Source of the DNA: Laetmonice hystrix
Taxonomy: Eukaryota
Length of the DNA: 64,000 bases
Direction of reading: 5' to 3'
Assembly: GCA_965235115.1 (NCBI GenBank)
Contig: OZ249447.1
Location: forward strand, 25,172,001-25,236,000
Numbering within the stretch: position 1 is the first letter of the stretch; the number at the start of each line of letters is the position of its first letter. Shown piece after piece: positions 12,801 to 27,800 of this stretch. The position numbers and the translations under genes are program-made. Under the pieces are notes generated by a model. It was not told the DNA's origin. It saw only the letters and a program-made list of their open reading frames with translations, and made no database searches.

Positions 12801-15800
12801 TCACCAACCACAGGCCAGTGCCCAGTCGGGGGATTTTGAAAACAGAGTCAGTTCTGTGTGGTTGGGTCCGGTTTGAAGTGGCCACTGGTTCCATGGGAAT
12901 AAGACAGAGATTCCGAGATGGTTCTCGCCCCTTCCACTGTCCACCCGGGGGAAATCACCCTGAAAGGGGTACAAGTGGCTCGTATTATTATTAATAGTGA
13001 ATATGATTGTAAAGGATTTGGTATGGTGTTTCGGGGAACATCTACTTGGGTAGAAGGTACTGGTGGATTAGAATGTAATTCAGTACAGAAACAGAATCAT
13101 AAATGTTTGTAAACTGCGCCACAGCATGACAAAGTCAGACCTATAAACTGCGCCACAGCGTGACAAAGTCAAACCTGTAAACTGAGCCACAGTGTGACAA
13201 AGTCAGACCTGTAAACTGCGCCATGGTGTGACAAAGTCAGACCTGTAAACTGTGCCACAGCGTGACAAAGTCAGACCTGTAAACTGTCAGGCCTGTAAAC
13301 TGCGCCACAGCATGACAAAGTCAGACCTGTAAACTGTCAGGCCTGTAAACTGCGCCACAGCATGACAAAGTCAGACCTGTAAACTGTCAGGCCTGTAAAC
13401 TGCGCCACAGCATGACAAAGTCAGACCTGTAAACTCTGCCATGGTGTGACAAAGTCAGACCTGTAAACTGTAGCACGACGTGACAAAGTCAGACCTGTAA
13501 ACTGCGCGACGGTGTGACAAAGTCAGACCTGTAAACTGCGCGATGGTGTGACAAAGTCAGACCTGTAAACTGCAGCATGGTGTGACAGTCAGACCTGTAA
13601 ACTGCGCGATGGTGTGACAAAGTCGGACCTGTAAACTGCGCCACGGTGTGACAAAGTCAGACCTGTAAACTGCAGCATGGTGTGACAGTCAGACCTGTAA
13701 ACTGTGCCATGGTGTGACAAAGTCAGACCTGTAAACTGCGCCACGGTGTGACAAAGTCAGACCTGTAAACTGCAGCACGACGTGACAAAGTCAGACCTGT
13801 AAACTGCGCCACGGTGTGACAAAGTCAGACCTGTAAACTGTGCCATGGTGTGACAAAGTCAGACCTGTAAACTGCGCCACGGTGTGACAAAGTCAGACCT
13901 GTAAACTGCGCCACAGTGTGACAAAGTCAGACCTGTAAACTGCAGCATGGTGTGACAAAATCAGACCTGTCAAAACTGCAGCACACCACGATAAAGTCAG
14001 ACCTGCACGCAGCGTCGCAGCCTGACAAAGTCAGACCCGCGGCACACACCCAAAAGAAACTGACCGTTGACAAATGCTGTCAAAGAGGAGGAAAATGTCA
14101 GAGGGCCTAGAGCAAAACGTGCGGAGTCGCCTTTTATCTTTGGTGGCATACTAACTAGCATTCCTGGCTACACCAGACCGGAATGGCCAACACAGCAGGC
14201 AGTGTAGCTTTGATTCTCTCACACTCACACAAGCTGGCACTCTTTGGAGACCAACAAAAGCACTTCTTTTTAATCAGATTTATAGGATAAGTGTCTCTCG
14301 AACTGAAGAGGTGGCCAGTAGTGGGTGGAGATGAGTTGAAACGGCATTAAAGCACCAGTCTTGGAATCGTCTCCTGTTTGCGTACCGCGCACCGTGAACA
14401 AGCTTCTGTCGAATGTTCGGGGGGGGGATACGTGACGAAGAGACCACCTAGATCCGATAGAAAAATGAATATAAGTCGGTCCGTATTTTGTGTCACAAAA
14501 GTTCAAAAATTAGTGGCGTTTTTTTCTGAGGGGACAACTCATAATTATTGAGAAAGCCTTCATTCGAAGGCCAGAAGCCTTGGACAACGATTGGTGCAAA
14601 TAGAAAGAAAATGTATAGTGTGGATCGAAAGTTATGCTTCTGTAAGTAGTGCGTGGTCAGAGGGAACGTTACACGTGTGGCAGTCAGAGCTTCAGTCAGT
14701 GTCAGCAGGAATGACAATGGAGAGTCCGTCTGAACCCTTTCATGGGCAAGGGACACCATTGTGTAAACAGGATCTTGGGGGACCTACATTGAAATGTAAA
14801 TAGTTTGAGGTCTGTGAGGGCATTTCAGTGACCATTATCACCAATCGTTGCGTAACACGCCTAGCTTTCGAATGAGGGGTTCACCAAAGCAATATGACTG
14901 GGGGTTGTCCTCTCAGAAAAAAATAATTTGGGAACATCCCACATATATTGGAAAGATACAATAATGCAGTACGCCGTTGGCCTTGGTTAAGATGTACTAG
15001 GATTTATGATCGCAATATCTTTCAACGTTTGGTGTCCACCAATTTATGAATGCAGTCTTTAGTCCCACAGGCAATTTTAAACCAACAGGGAATACTGGGC
15101 CCTGATGAAGGCATCGACCCATTTATGGTTTCTGGGTCAATTATTGAACGGTCCATCGGGCCTGTCCCATCGGGGAGCAACATGGACAGGGAGGGCCAAA
15201 TGTTGTAATAACTGGCAGCCTTGTTATGACAGGTGTTGTCATGACAGGCACGCTGTTATGACAGGGCGTCATTATGACAGGCACGTTGGAATGATTGCAA
15301 TATGATATTATGACAGGAGTGTCGTTATAGGGTTATTTTGTTAGAAACATTCCTATTAGAAAGAAGAACTAATTATGTTAGAAAGTAGTTATGCTATGAA
15401 AGGCGTGCCATGGGTATTCGTTGTCAAAGTGTGTACCGGTAGTATTACCGTGGTAATATCAAAATAGTTGATGTGAGGAAACTTGTGGACCTGTTGAAAA
15501 GTTGAGAGATATTTTGTATACATTGTATGTGTAGTGCACTTACCTATGTATCTTCATCCACCGTCTACCCTGCACAGGAACCCATATAGCCAGCACCGTG
15601 TGAACGTCATGACGTCAAGTTCCAGACGGCAGCGAAGAGGGGGGGGGGGGGTCATTATATGTATTATAGATGGTATTACACGTATAGATGCATGAATGTC
15701 CCCCATTTCGTCGAAAGTTAAACAAGTCTGCATCATAATAATGCATGGAATCGAAACTGTACCAGCACTACGTGTTTATTAACGTCTTTGATGCTAGAGT

Positions 15801-18800
15801 CTACAACGACCCAGGCTACACTGACGTTTCGATGTAGTGTCTGTTGTCTCGTATTTCCAGGTAGTCGTTACCCGCAGAAGGTTACGGAAAAAGACAATTG
15901 GAGAAATTAGTGAAGGTTTACTTTAATGTGGTGCGGTGTATGGACTGGTCCTGGCCGGACTAGCGGTATTAAAATGGCCTTAATTAAAGTATTAGACGAT
16001 ATGTGCTCCATTTAAAGATTCTGTACATATCTTGACATTTACATTTTCACATTTTCTCTGCCTCGTAATGTGCTATTTTCATGATGGGTCTGTCTCTCCC
16101 GTATGGAAAGAGTAACGTCTGTTAAAGGTTAGATATAATTGGAAAAACGTAGACTTGTAAAAATATGGCACCCTTTCAGGACACAGGTTGTGCTCGATCT
16201 ATGGCCGTGTGTGTTTGGGTGGGTGGGTGCCGAGCAGATGCACCCGCTTATTGCAGATCTAGAATATATATAAAAATAATTGACGAATGATAATCAAAAT
16301 GGACAGGAAAATTTTGTAGTTTCAAGCTCGAAATGTGGAATCAGTTTTATGGAGGAGAATGTTGTTTCCGTTGTTAACTTTGTCATCACAATAGAATGGT
16401 GAGTGGGTCATTCTTAAGTCCAACTGAAAACATGCCGAGTTATTCTTTCGATTGACATTGCGGAAAAATTAGACGTTAAAATTGGTTAACATTTGCAGAC
16501 TATAGGTCCGTTGATGCCGCCGGGCTGAGTTGAATAGTTAAATGTAATGTTTGAACGTACTGATTAAAGTTTCAGGACCAAGTAAAGGTGTCCTCTGCCT
16601 GCGGCCTTTTGTTTCAGTTCGACTCTAACAAATGATGGTGGATTATTGGAAATCATACTATCACTAACTGTAAGATTGATAATTATATATGTGTACAGGA
16701 GGTTCAACATTTCGTCGGCCTGCTGATAAAACCTCGGAACTAAAAACTAGTTGTTTCCATTATTATATTAACTGAGTAAATGATGATATAACATTTACTT
16801 CGTAAAATAAGACATTTGATTAAAGTTTTATTATTTTGAAGATACATGTACCAGATTTTATTGGCAGGCCAGCGATTTGACATTGTCAGCATTGAACGTC
16901 ATGTGCCCCCCCCCCCCCCCCCCCCCACAGCAACAGATCGCTGCTGTTAATTGATGTCATGATATAACTCCTATTTTTTTATAACTCTAATAAATACCAT
17001 GAAGTGAGTTGGACAGTTTTAATGAATGTGTTCTTGTTTTGGTTGGTTTCAGTGGGAGGCGATGACACAGAAGCTGAGGCGGGGTGGATAGAAGGCGTGG
17101 CCATTCTTGTTGCTGTCTTTGTTGTAGTTTTTGTAACTGCTTTCAATGACTGGAGAAAAGAAAAACAATTCAGAGGACTTCAAAGCAAAATAGAATGTGA
17201 ACATAGATTTTCTGTTATCCGAGGTGGAGAAGTTGTACAAATCCCTGTTGGAGATATAGTAGTAGGAGATATTTGTCAAGTTAAATATGGTAAGTACTAA
17301 TTTTATTTATTTATACTAAATTTGTGTGCCGATTTAAATGTTTATGATTACTGGCGAGGAATCAAGACTATTTAGCGAGGACGGATTATTGAAGAAAAAA
17401 CGGTAACGAATAAAGTCAGTCTCAAAAGGATTTTCCCCATTTATATAATACTTTAGGTACTGAGTATTTTGTGATACCTTAACCTAATGGCGTACATCCA
17501 TTGTGGACTTTTGCCTTATGATGTACCATAGAAATCTCCATGTGTTTAGAAAATAACAAAAAGTGTTTTGTTATAGGTGACTTGTTACCGGCGGACGGGG
17601 TGGTTATACAAAGTAATGACTTAATGGTCGATGAGAGTTCGTTGACGGGAGAGTCCGACCATGTCAGGAAGGGGGAAGTCGTCGACCCCATGTTACTCTC
17701 AGGTACATACATACTCCCAACTTTACCAAAGAATAATTCATACATTAAAAAAAACTCATTGAGAAATCAAAGCATACCTTTTGTGAACGTAACTCATTGT
17801 AAAGCATCAGGTAAGAGGGGTTTTTTTCTTGGTGTATCTCCGTACTAAGGAGATATTTAATTTTACTGATTATACATACTTGGCCCGAGTAAGTAAAGCC
17901 TAGGTGACTGATGCCGGTCTCTCTGGCTAAACGTATAAAGTCATTCATCAAGTGACGAGGGTTAGGTAGTACAGTTTGAGTGCACGTGGTTTATTGACAG
18001 TGGTTGGATGTAAAAGGGCGTTGGTACGTTATTGGGGCGTTGGTACGTAAAAGGGCATTGGTACGTCATTGGGGCGTTGGTATGTTATTGGGGCGTTGGT
18101 ACGTTATTGGGGCGTTGGTACGTAAAAGGGCGTTGGTACGTCATTGGGGCGTTCGTACGTAAAAGGGCGTTGGTACGTAAAAGGGCGTTGGTACGTAAAA
18201 GGGCGTTGGTACGTAAAAGGGCGTTGGTACGTTATTGAGGCGTTGGTACGTCATTGGGGCGTTGGTACGTTATTGGGGCGTTGGTACGTTAAAGGGCGTT
18301 GGTACGTTATTGGGGTACACCCGTCAATGGGATGGTTCCGAGGTGCAGTATGGGACTGTGACTTGACGTATCACAGATCGCAGGTTAAACCTGATGAACG
18401 TACACCCGTCATTAATGGGACGGTTCCGAGGTGCAGTATGGGACTGCCGCTTGACGTATCACAGATCGCAGGTTAAACCTGATGAACGTACACCCGTCAT
18501 TAATGGGACGGTTCCGAGGTGCAGTATGGGACTGTGACTTGACGTATCACAGATCGCAGGTTAAACCTGATGAATTTACACCCGTCATTAATGGGACGGT
18601 TCCGAGGTGCAGTATGGGACTGCCGCTTGACGTATCACAGATCGCAGGTTAAACCTGATGAACGTACACCCGTCATTAATGGGACGGTTCCGAGGTGCAG
18701 TATGGGACTGCCGCTTGACGTATCACAGATCGCAGGTTAAACCTGATGAACGTACACCCGTCATTAATGGGACGGTTCCGAGGTGCAGTATGGGACTGCC

Positions 18801-21800
18801 GCTTGACGTAGCACAGATCGCAGGTTAAACCTGATGAACGTACACCCGTCATTAATGGGACGGTTCCGAGGTGCAGTATCGGACTGTGACTTGACGTATC
18901 ACAGATCGCAGGTTAAACCTGATGAACGTACACCCGTCATTAATGGGACGGTTCCGAGGTGCAGTATGGGACTGCCGCTTGACGTATCACAGATCGCAGG
19001 TTAAACCTGATGAACGTACACCCGTCATTAATGGGACGGTTCCGAGGTGCAGTATGGGACTGTGACTTGACGTAGCACAGATCGCAGGTTAAACCTGATG
19101 AACGTACACCCGTCATTAATGGGACGGTTCCGAGGTGCAGTATGGGACTGCCGCTTGACGTAGCACAGATCGCAGGTTAAACCTGATGAACGTAGAGTGC
19201 ACGTATTCCGTTAATGAAATCCAATGGGGGAGGCAAGATCCCGGATGTCAGGAGCCGCCCAGATAAAATCAGATCAGTAAGAACAGCGGGTTGGGATTTG
19301 TGGGGGGCAAGGGGTGTGCACGATGAATGAGTTATATAATACTGGGGTCTATGTTGTATATTATATTTAATGTACCGTCGGTGCGGTATTGGCGCGGAAT
19401 TATGCGGCAGTGCCCGTGTTTCTTTAGCCTGCCCGGACAATGTGTGGGTTCGGGGCAGCGGGCGCGGGAGGAAATAGCTGCAGCCTGAGAAGCCATCTTT
19501 AATTCAGTCTATATGTGAATTCGGTCTCTGTCTCCCCGTGACTACAGCAGGGGCTGACGACAACGCCGGGCTCCAAACGCCGGATCCTTTTACTCTATAT
19601 GCAGCCTTAGAATTAGACCCTTGTAGAAATCGATGCTAATGTAATGTCCCGCTCTGCCCGTGGCTTGATTCCAATGTGTTTAATTTGCCAGCTCAGCATT
19701 TAACATGGTGAAGGCGGCGCTGCTGTTGGTGTGTCACGGTAGGATATTTTATGAGCACAGGCTTGCATACAGAGATGGGTAAATATTGGGTGCACAAAGT
19801 CAGCATTCAAGGTGGGCAACAAACAGCGTGCACAAAGTCAGCACCCAGAGAGGGGCGAAAATACACCCGAGTGCACAAAGTCGGAATTAAGGCAAAGGTA
19901 TAGGAAAAAGTTGGTGAACCAATGTGGCATGCAAGAATATGGGTAAATGTTGGCTTTGGGATTCAAGAAAGATATGAAATGGTTGGTGCAGAGAATCGGC
20001 AAACAAAGATCGTTTGAGAGCGAGACGATATCCCCATTAGATAATATTTGAAATATGGTATTTGGTATTGCTTTCAATTGAAGGGTCGCTGGAGGGTTAT
20101 TTTTGGCTAATTTATTCCTTCGGCATTGGATGATGGGAGGAATAAAAACGGAAACGCCACCTGTTAGTACATGTCTGTTATATGTACGGTAAACGACAGA
20201 GATGTCTACGGAAAGAAGGCAGTCAGAAATACTCATCTATATCATGTAAATGTTGATAGCAGCTTTCTTAGTCACGGCGCTATCGTACCTCCACTGTATT
20301 CTAAGTATGTGTACGCCTCGTAAATGAATGTTGACAAAAACCGGTAAGGGAGAGATATCTAGAGGTGTTTATATGGTTCATCGATCGAAAATAAAGATCC
20401 ATAGCCCTGACCTTATCACTAACCCTATCCCCGGTCCCTCAACCTTCCAACCTCCCTATCCCTGACCTTCACCCGAACCCCTGCCCATTTGTGGGGAAGT
20501 TACCATGGGGGATTACCGTTTTATCGCCTGATTATTATGGCGAGGTGTTGGGGTGGAGAAGGTGAGATGGTTAGAGGGGCCGGATACCGTCGTTGTTATT
20601 GCACACTGTAGACACTGAGACAATTCAAAGGAGGCCTGACATCGGGGTATACCTGTGCGCCCGCCTGTGTGTGTCAGTCGGTCTGAGGGTGAGGGGAGGG
20701 GCAACCACTGGAGGTCGTCCAGGAGCTGAGGCCAGGGTTGAGCCACCGAGAGACTTGGCAGCCAGGTAAACTCGCCAGCCACAGTGCTGGAGCAACAAGA
20801 GCAGCGCAAGCCTTCTACTTCTGCCCCTTCTCCTCCTCCTCCTTCTCCTTCTCCTCCTCCAGTATACTGGTGGAGTAGCGCTGGGTGATGCATGGGAGGA
20901 GGGGGAGGCAGCAANNNNNNNNNNNNNNNNNNNNNNNNNNNNNNNNNNNNNNNNNNNNNNNNNNNNNNNNNNNNNNNNNNNNNNNNNNNNNNNNNNNNNN
21001 NNNNNNNNNNNNNNNNNNNNNNNNNNNNNNNNNNNNNNNNNNNNNNNNNNNNNNNNNNNNNNNNNNNNNNNNNNNNNNNNNNNNNNNNNNNNNNNNNNNN
21101 NNTCATTGGCAACAGCCACAGCGACAGAAGATCAATACAAGGAGGGCGGACCGACCGGCCGGCCGAGCGGACAGGAGGAGACGACAGTCTAGTCGCCGCC
21201 GCCGAGCGCCGCGCCCGCCCGCCCGCCCGCCCGCCTGCCGCCTGGCCGACCACTAGCCGCCGCTCTCCTCGTGTTGGTGGCGGCCTGCCACCGGCTCCCT
21301 CACTCCACACAGCCGGCGCCGGGCACAACTCCTTGTCCTGACCTACTGGCTTATGTTCGGCTCAACGCTGACCGCCCCTGGCTGGCCTCGCTGTGCCTTG
21401 CATAAATAGCCGCACTGGCGACACCAACAAGCTCGCGCCTGAAGCTTTTCACCAAGGCAGCCGCGATCCAAATTTTGAAAATAAATAATAATTTTTATAA
21501 ATAAAGGAGCAGAATATTGAGGCGTTTCTCGCCTGACCAAACTCATGTTTCCAGCTTAAGACCAACGCAACTGTTATCTGTTAGCCGGCACGATAAAGAT
21601 AATGGGAGGTGTGTGCCGTGACTGATAACCAAGTAATTAGGGTGGTAGTTTTCGTATTGGTATGGATCTTAGGATCCTTGGGTTATAGAAGAAAGGACCC
21701 TTTATTCAGTGTTAGATGTGAGTAACATGTTTCACCAGGATCCATGAAGGAGAAACATAATAATTTATTATCGGTATATTAATCTGTTACAGTGGGATAC

Positions 21801-24800
21801 TGTAGAGGTGTAGGAATGTGTAAGATTGGGAGACTCGATGCTGCAGCTGGTGTGGCTGCCATGTATTTTCTGTCCCAATACTAGGTCCGACGCCATCATT
21901 AACATATCTTCTACGAAAAGCAAGGCAGGGTTGACGGAACCACGTTAAATAATCAGTATTTGTTTATTTTTTATTGAAATTATTCCAAGATCTTCCTTCT
22001 CCTTCTTCATCTCTAAGACTAATGTATCTTGTAGGAAAATGTGTTTTGATGTGTATAGCCCATCTGATGTTCGTATGTCATGATGTATGAAAGTCAGGAG
22101 ATCATGATTCCTGAGGAGTGTGAAGATGTTTGTCGATGAGAGGGCTGGCATGCCGACCTATGGATTACGGTACTCATCCCGGATTGTAAGGAGTACGTTG
22201 GTATATAAATCTACACAAAACATGTCTAGGATCAAACCTTACTCCTGGGATCAGCGTGTGAACAGGAGGGATGGTGTACGCATGTCGAGGATCAAACCTT
22301 ACTCCTGGGATCAGCGTGTGAACAGGAGGGATGGTGTACGCATGTCTAGGATCAAACTTTACTCCTGGGATCAGCGTGTGAACAGGAGGGATGGTGTACG
22401 CATGTCGAGGATCAAGCCTTACTCCTGGGATCAGCGTGTGAACAGGAGGGATGGTGTACGCATGTCTAGGATCAAGCCTTACTGCTGGGATCAGCGTGTG
22501 AACAGGAGGGATGGTGTACGCATGTCTAGGATCAAACCTTACTCCTGGGATCAGCGTGTGAACAGGAGGGATGGTGTACGCATGTCTAGGATCAAACCTT
22601 ACTCCTGGGATCAGCGTGTGAACAGGAGGGATGGTGTACGCATGTCTAGGATCAAACTTTACTCCTGGGATCAGCGTGTGAACAGGAGGGATGGTGTACG
22701 CATGTCTAGGATCAAACCTTACTCCTGGGATCAGCGTGTGAACAGGAGGGATGGTGTACGCATGTCTAGGATCCTGGAATCAGCGTGTGAACAGGAGGGA
22801 TGGTGTACTCCTGGGATCTGCAGCGTGTGAACAGGAGGGATGGTGTACGTACTGTGTGAACACACTCTGCATGAAGTGGTGAGTGGATCAGATACCCCAT
22901 GGATACCGTTTGGTTTAGAAGGTCAAGACGTCACCTGACGAACCGTGGATATACCTTTGCGGAGTACATTTTCTGGACAATTGACTACGACAGCTGGATG
23001 TACTCATCTGATGTACTGGACAAGTGCTGGAGAGGTCAGGGGAACATAACTTAATATTTCTGTGGTGCTTTAGACCAGGAAGACCGAGTTGGATACCCAC
23101 GGATTACAGTACAAAATGGGCACTGTGTCATCTGTAGAGTTAGGTGTACCATTCTCAGAGGAGTTTTCGGGACTCACTTGGATGTACAACGTCTTGGCAG
23201 TACTCAGCAGAACCTCAGTTGTACTCTTTCATTTATTTCGTGATGGATTTTACCTTGACTGTGAACTCCGTTGATCGATGGATGGAAGATCTATTTTACC
23301 TGTTCGTCCTGGAGCTATGGAAGGAGTACCTCTGTCTCACGGTTGAGACCCTTGTCTCACGGTTGAGACAGTGAATTGGTAACACGGAGATTATTTATAC
23401 CGGACTACAACACTGTACAGTGAACTCGACAACTGCCTCTCTGCCCTCTCTCTTACACAGAGGACCACTCTACATGTTGGCTCGGTCTTCCTAAGTATAT
23501 CCCTTGTGTATGTGTGTGTGCGTGTTTTAGACAATGGTAGTGGGTGGTCAAAGGACATGTTATTGTCAGTGTCGACATGATGTAAGTGTGTGAAGTGTCA
23601 GTGTTTCTGGTGGTGTCAGTCGTTCTAGCTCTCAATGTTTTGTTATTTTTCGTTGACATAAATAACGTGGAAGCATTCAGGGAGGCAAGGATATGCTGTT
23701 TTCGTAAAACCACAACCCTGTGTTGCGGATGAGATATTTGGAGTCGCGTGTTTTGAGCGATATTTGGCCGACATTGGGATTTCTGTGCATGTGTAGCGAT
23801 GTCGTGTAGAGTCTGACTAGGGAAGAATAGGGCTATAAGTTTGACGTATCTGTACTCTTATTTTAATATGTATAGAAATAGAAAGTGGTTTTTTTTGGTC
23901 GAATATACACTGACGAAGTCGATTGTTATAACAATCCATCGGTCATGAAAACGATAAGCTCTGAGCTGTAGCGTGTTTTCATTGAGCCAGAATGTCTGGT
24001 ATCGAAGTTATATATATTTTTTAATCACAATTTGTAATTTAAGTGACGTTTGACAGGCTAGACTTGTAAGGTTGTTTGCAGTCCTGAAATTTTATTGGCA
24101 TGAAAGCCATTGAAACAGACAGTAGGGGCAGGATGTTGTTTGTTACTGTTCTAATGACTTTGTATATCTACGTATATACATGTATATCAACTTGTACATG
24201 GGATAGAAGTCCTTAACGACCGAGTAATTAGCAGGTCATTAGTCAGCTTTCAATACAGGCATAGCTTACACAGGGTGGGTGGAGGGTTAGGCCAGAGCGA
24301 GGCTGCGGTGGTAATATTAAACCGTTCTCGACGGTAGGTGCCACTGACGGCAAGTAGAAAGTGGAAAGAAAAACGTTGCTGATCTAGTAGAGTGGGCTGA
24401 GTCTGATGCTTGACGAATCAAAATTGTTGTTTCTTCCGTACGTCGTCGGTACGAGAGCTACGATTGGACTGTGTTTGATACTAGATGGCTCTGTATATTA
24501 CGAATCGATTTGTAGACAACTTCAGAAAGTGAAGCGCGTGTTCCGACTTGCAAGATGTTTACCTGTGGAAAAGTACGTGTACAGGATTGTCATTTTTGCA
24601 TCCTGTCGGCCAACACGGAAAGAGTCTATCTCGCTTCCTGGTCTTTCTTTTGTTGGGGCAACTTTAGGGCTAGAAATACTGTACTGTTATATAATAATCA
24701 TTTCTAATGATACGTCTTATGCCAGTGACGTCGGTTGGCATTGTTCATTTACATAGTGAGGTTTGATCTTGCTGAAATATTAATGTGGAGACGAAATGTG

Positions 24801-27800
24801 CTGAGTTTGGGGAAGGAGACAGAGTCAGGCAATAACAAACCGACGACCCTACACGATTTGAGGCGCCGTCATTCTTAGATGTCATGAATAAATGAGTAAG
24901 TCGGCGAACAGCTTGGTGTAATGTGAATGCTGAATCGTCATATAAATAATGGCAAGACCTGCCGACACTATACCTGATAGGTGAATGGGGTACATGGTAA
25001 CTGTTGCAGGCCCTCACCATGTATGGTACAACTGGTAGAAATATCGCTTTCTGTTGGTTGCAGTGCTGTGAAACACGTCAAGAAACCGCCTGGGTAGTCT
25101 GTTGATGTTGAGGCCCAAGTTCCCCCAATAGAATAGAATAAAATAATTGACAGACCAGTGATCCTGTAAGAAAGGAATGAACTGTCGGGATGCTGGCGCG
25201 CAGGGATCGTCACTTCAGGTAACGGCCGATAGAGGGCGTGCATAGTAAAGCGGCACACTGACCGAGCTGTAGTTGGTATTGATTGTTGAACACGGTCGGT
25301 CGGGACACGGCCGACCACACGCTGGACGTGGTGGGGAGGGGGGGGGTCGCCTGGCCCGTATACAGGACCGACCGGCCGACTGGTGGTCCGGGAACCTCCA
25401 CGCCAGATCCCTGGACGAGGTCTCAGGATGGCTAGTGTCCATCAATGGGTCGGCTCCTTCCTCAGCCTCAGCACCCCTCCTTACCCCCCTCAGTCCATCC
25501 TCACCCTCCTCATGGCAGCAGGACCAGCGGTAATTTACGAGTCACCAGAAGGGCAACATTGATATTTTTGTTAGTTTTCTCTTCTTCATAATAAACTTTC
25601 GGCCGATCTAGTAGAGGTAGTAACGAACCAGCACTGAGTAGAGTACGTGTAAATCGTGTTAGCCACTTTGATCGGTTGCTACAGACTTGTGCTTCATTCA
25701 GCTAAGCTGTAAAACCAGATTGAGGATCTAATATTCGAGGTTTGCACTTCAGCCTGTAGGAAAGGGAATTGCAGTCGGAAAGTGTACCGGTGGCAGCGAG
25801 GCGAGTCAACGAAATGGGTAGTTGGGTGGAACGCTGCTGCCCCCTGGTGGATATAAACGGGGTTGGGATGAGGCGCTCAGGTCGGTTGGCCATGTATGAT
25901 GATATCTTTGTACGGGAGATGGCTGAAGCAGCACTGGGTGCACAGAGATCATATTTATGGCTACCACTGGCCACTCACACACACTAACCGACACATATGT
26001 TTTAGATGGCAGTGATATTTTCAGGCAGTGTTACAGGACGTGCTCTTTGAACACGGAGATATCAGAGCGGTGCTCCACCAGGAGACCGTCCGCGCGACAT
26101 GTCGTTGTGGTAAATATAGTAACAGACGAAGTGCCTCGGAGAGGTGGGGAGGGAGGGGGGACGGAGGGCATAATGTATAGCGGTAGCATTAACCACCATT
26201 GGAGCGGGTGGCGATAGGCATGGCCAAGGGACGGTCGTCTCCCGGCAGTCTCTGTCGGTCGGAGCAGTGGCACCTACAGTAGAGTACATACATGGGCATA
26301 CTGACGGAGGGCGGCCGGGTGGATGTGGGGGGGGGGGGGGGCGGCATCAGTTCGGAGACAGGTGTATAGGGGACGCTCCGAGACCGGCCCCGTCTCTGGA
26401 TAACCCCCAACTGGCGTCCCATAATCACACGGCATCTCCATGAATGACCGGCCGTCCATATATGGCCGAAATGTAATTACCAGCCATGTCAAACTGCCAC
26501 TCACACTTAGGAAGAGAGCCAATGCTGCCATATTAAGTCCTGCCCGCATAGCCCGCCCCTGCCATATTTGGCCGGCATTATACTACGGGGTCCATATTTG
26601 GGCAGCAGCGCGGCGTGGTCGACGGAGCGGCGGCCGGTGCCCGCCGTATGTGGCGAGGTGGACCGGGGAGGCCGGGACATACCGGCCGGGACAGCAACCC
26701 CCCCCCCCGTCCCGGGCCGGGATTGTGAACAGATGGGCCCGAGGCGGGGGGCTGGGTGGCCGGGCATGGTCAGTGTTGCTAAGATTAGAAGGTGTGGTAG
26801 TGTAGAAACGTAGGCACTGAGCGTGACAGACCCCTAGAAAAAGAAAAGTTTCAATCGGCAGGCTGGTTTGTTGTGTTCAAGGGCGGGGATGGAGGACGTG
26901 GGGATTGTCATGGGTGTGTGTACAAGGGTGCCTGTCTACAACGGGTTAAATAAATATAGTTGTTGTCAGTCAGTTGTCAGTTGTGAAACAAGTGCTTTGT
27001 AGAGCATTAAGTGTAGAGGTAAGCTAATAATGTATCAAATTTGGCTACCACCGTGTTAGTGCGTCACATCGGTGCATTTCGACATGCCCTTTAACACAGT
27101 GTGTATCTAATCAATGCAAATCATATAGTGTATCTAATCAATGCAATTCGGCGGGGGCATGGCCCTCAAATCATAGTGTATCTAATCAATGCAATCCTGC
27201 GTGGATGTGCCCCTCAAATCATAATTATCTAATCAATGCAATCTGGCGGGGATGTGCCCCTCAAATCATAGTGTATCTAATCAATGCAATCCGGCGGGGG
27301 CATGCCCCTCAAATCACAGTGTATCTAATCAATGCAATCCGGTGGGGATGTGCCCCTCAAATCATAGTGTATCTAATAGATGAAATCCGGCGGGGATGTG
27401 CCCCTCAAATCATAGTGTATCTAATCAATGCAATCCGGCGGGGATGTGCCCCTCAAATCATAGTGTATCTAATCAATGCAATCCGGCGGGGCATGCCCCT
27501 CAAATCACAGTGTATCTAATCAATGCAATCCGGCGGGGATGTGCCCCTCAAATCACAGTGTATCTAATCAATGCAATCCGGTGGGGATGTGCCCCTCAAA
27601 TCATAGTGTATCTAATAGATGAATTTCGGCGGGGATGTGCCCCTCAAATCATAGTGTATCTAATCAATGCAATCCGGCGGGGATGTGCCCCTCAAATCAT
27701 AGTGTATCTAATCAATGCAATCCGGCGGGGCATGCCCCTCAAATCACAGTGTATCTAATCAATGCAATCCGGCGGGGATGTGCCCCTCAAATCACAGTGT

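Noticed and set aside
18390-19191. CTGATGA in the 88-bp repeat as a hammerhead ribozyme core
   Set aside because: No GAAA follows a pairable stem II. A minus-strand CTGATGA...GAAA near 1985-2035 also lacks a proper stem II.
20625-21119. Minus-strand [17 protein letters not shown] peptide resembling a viral capsid N-terminus
   Set aside because: It is produced by a (CCT/CTT) microsatellite beside an N gap, with no other viral features.
21945-22220. Minus-strand peptide and A-rich tail resembling a LINE 3' end
   Set aside because: The similarity is only impressionistic and no diagnostic motif is present.
22120-22830. 236-aa ORF with a 20-aa repeat ([20 protein letters not shown])
   Set aside because: It is an intronic 60-bp tandem repeat whose unit is a multiple of 3 and lacks a stop in that frame. 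There is no recognisable domain, promoter or splice context.
23570-23581. 12-nt AG...GTAAGT segment in the intron splitting LLSG/THVM
   Set aside because: It has an in-frame TGA, a poor pyrimidine tract and sits in an invariant actuator-domain position. A 10-nt candidate at 33846-33855 is frameshifting.
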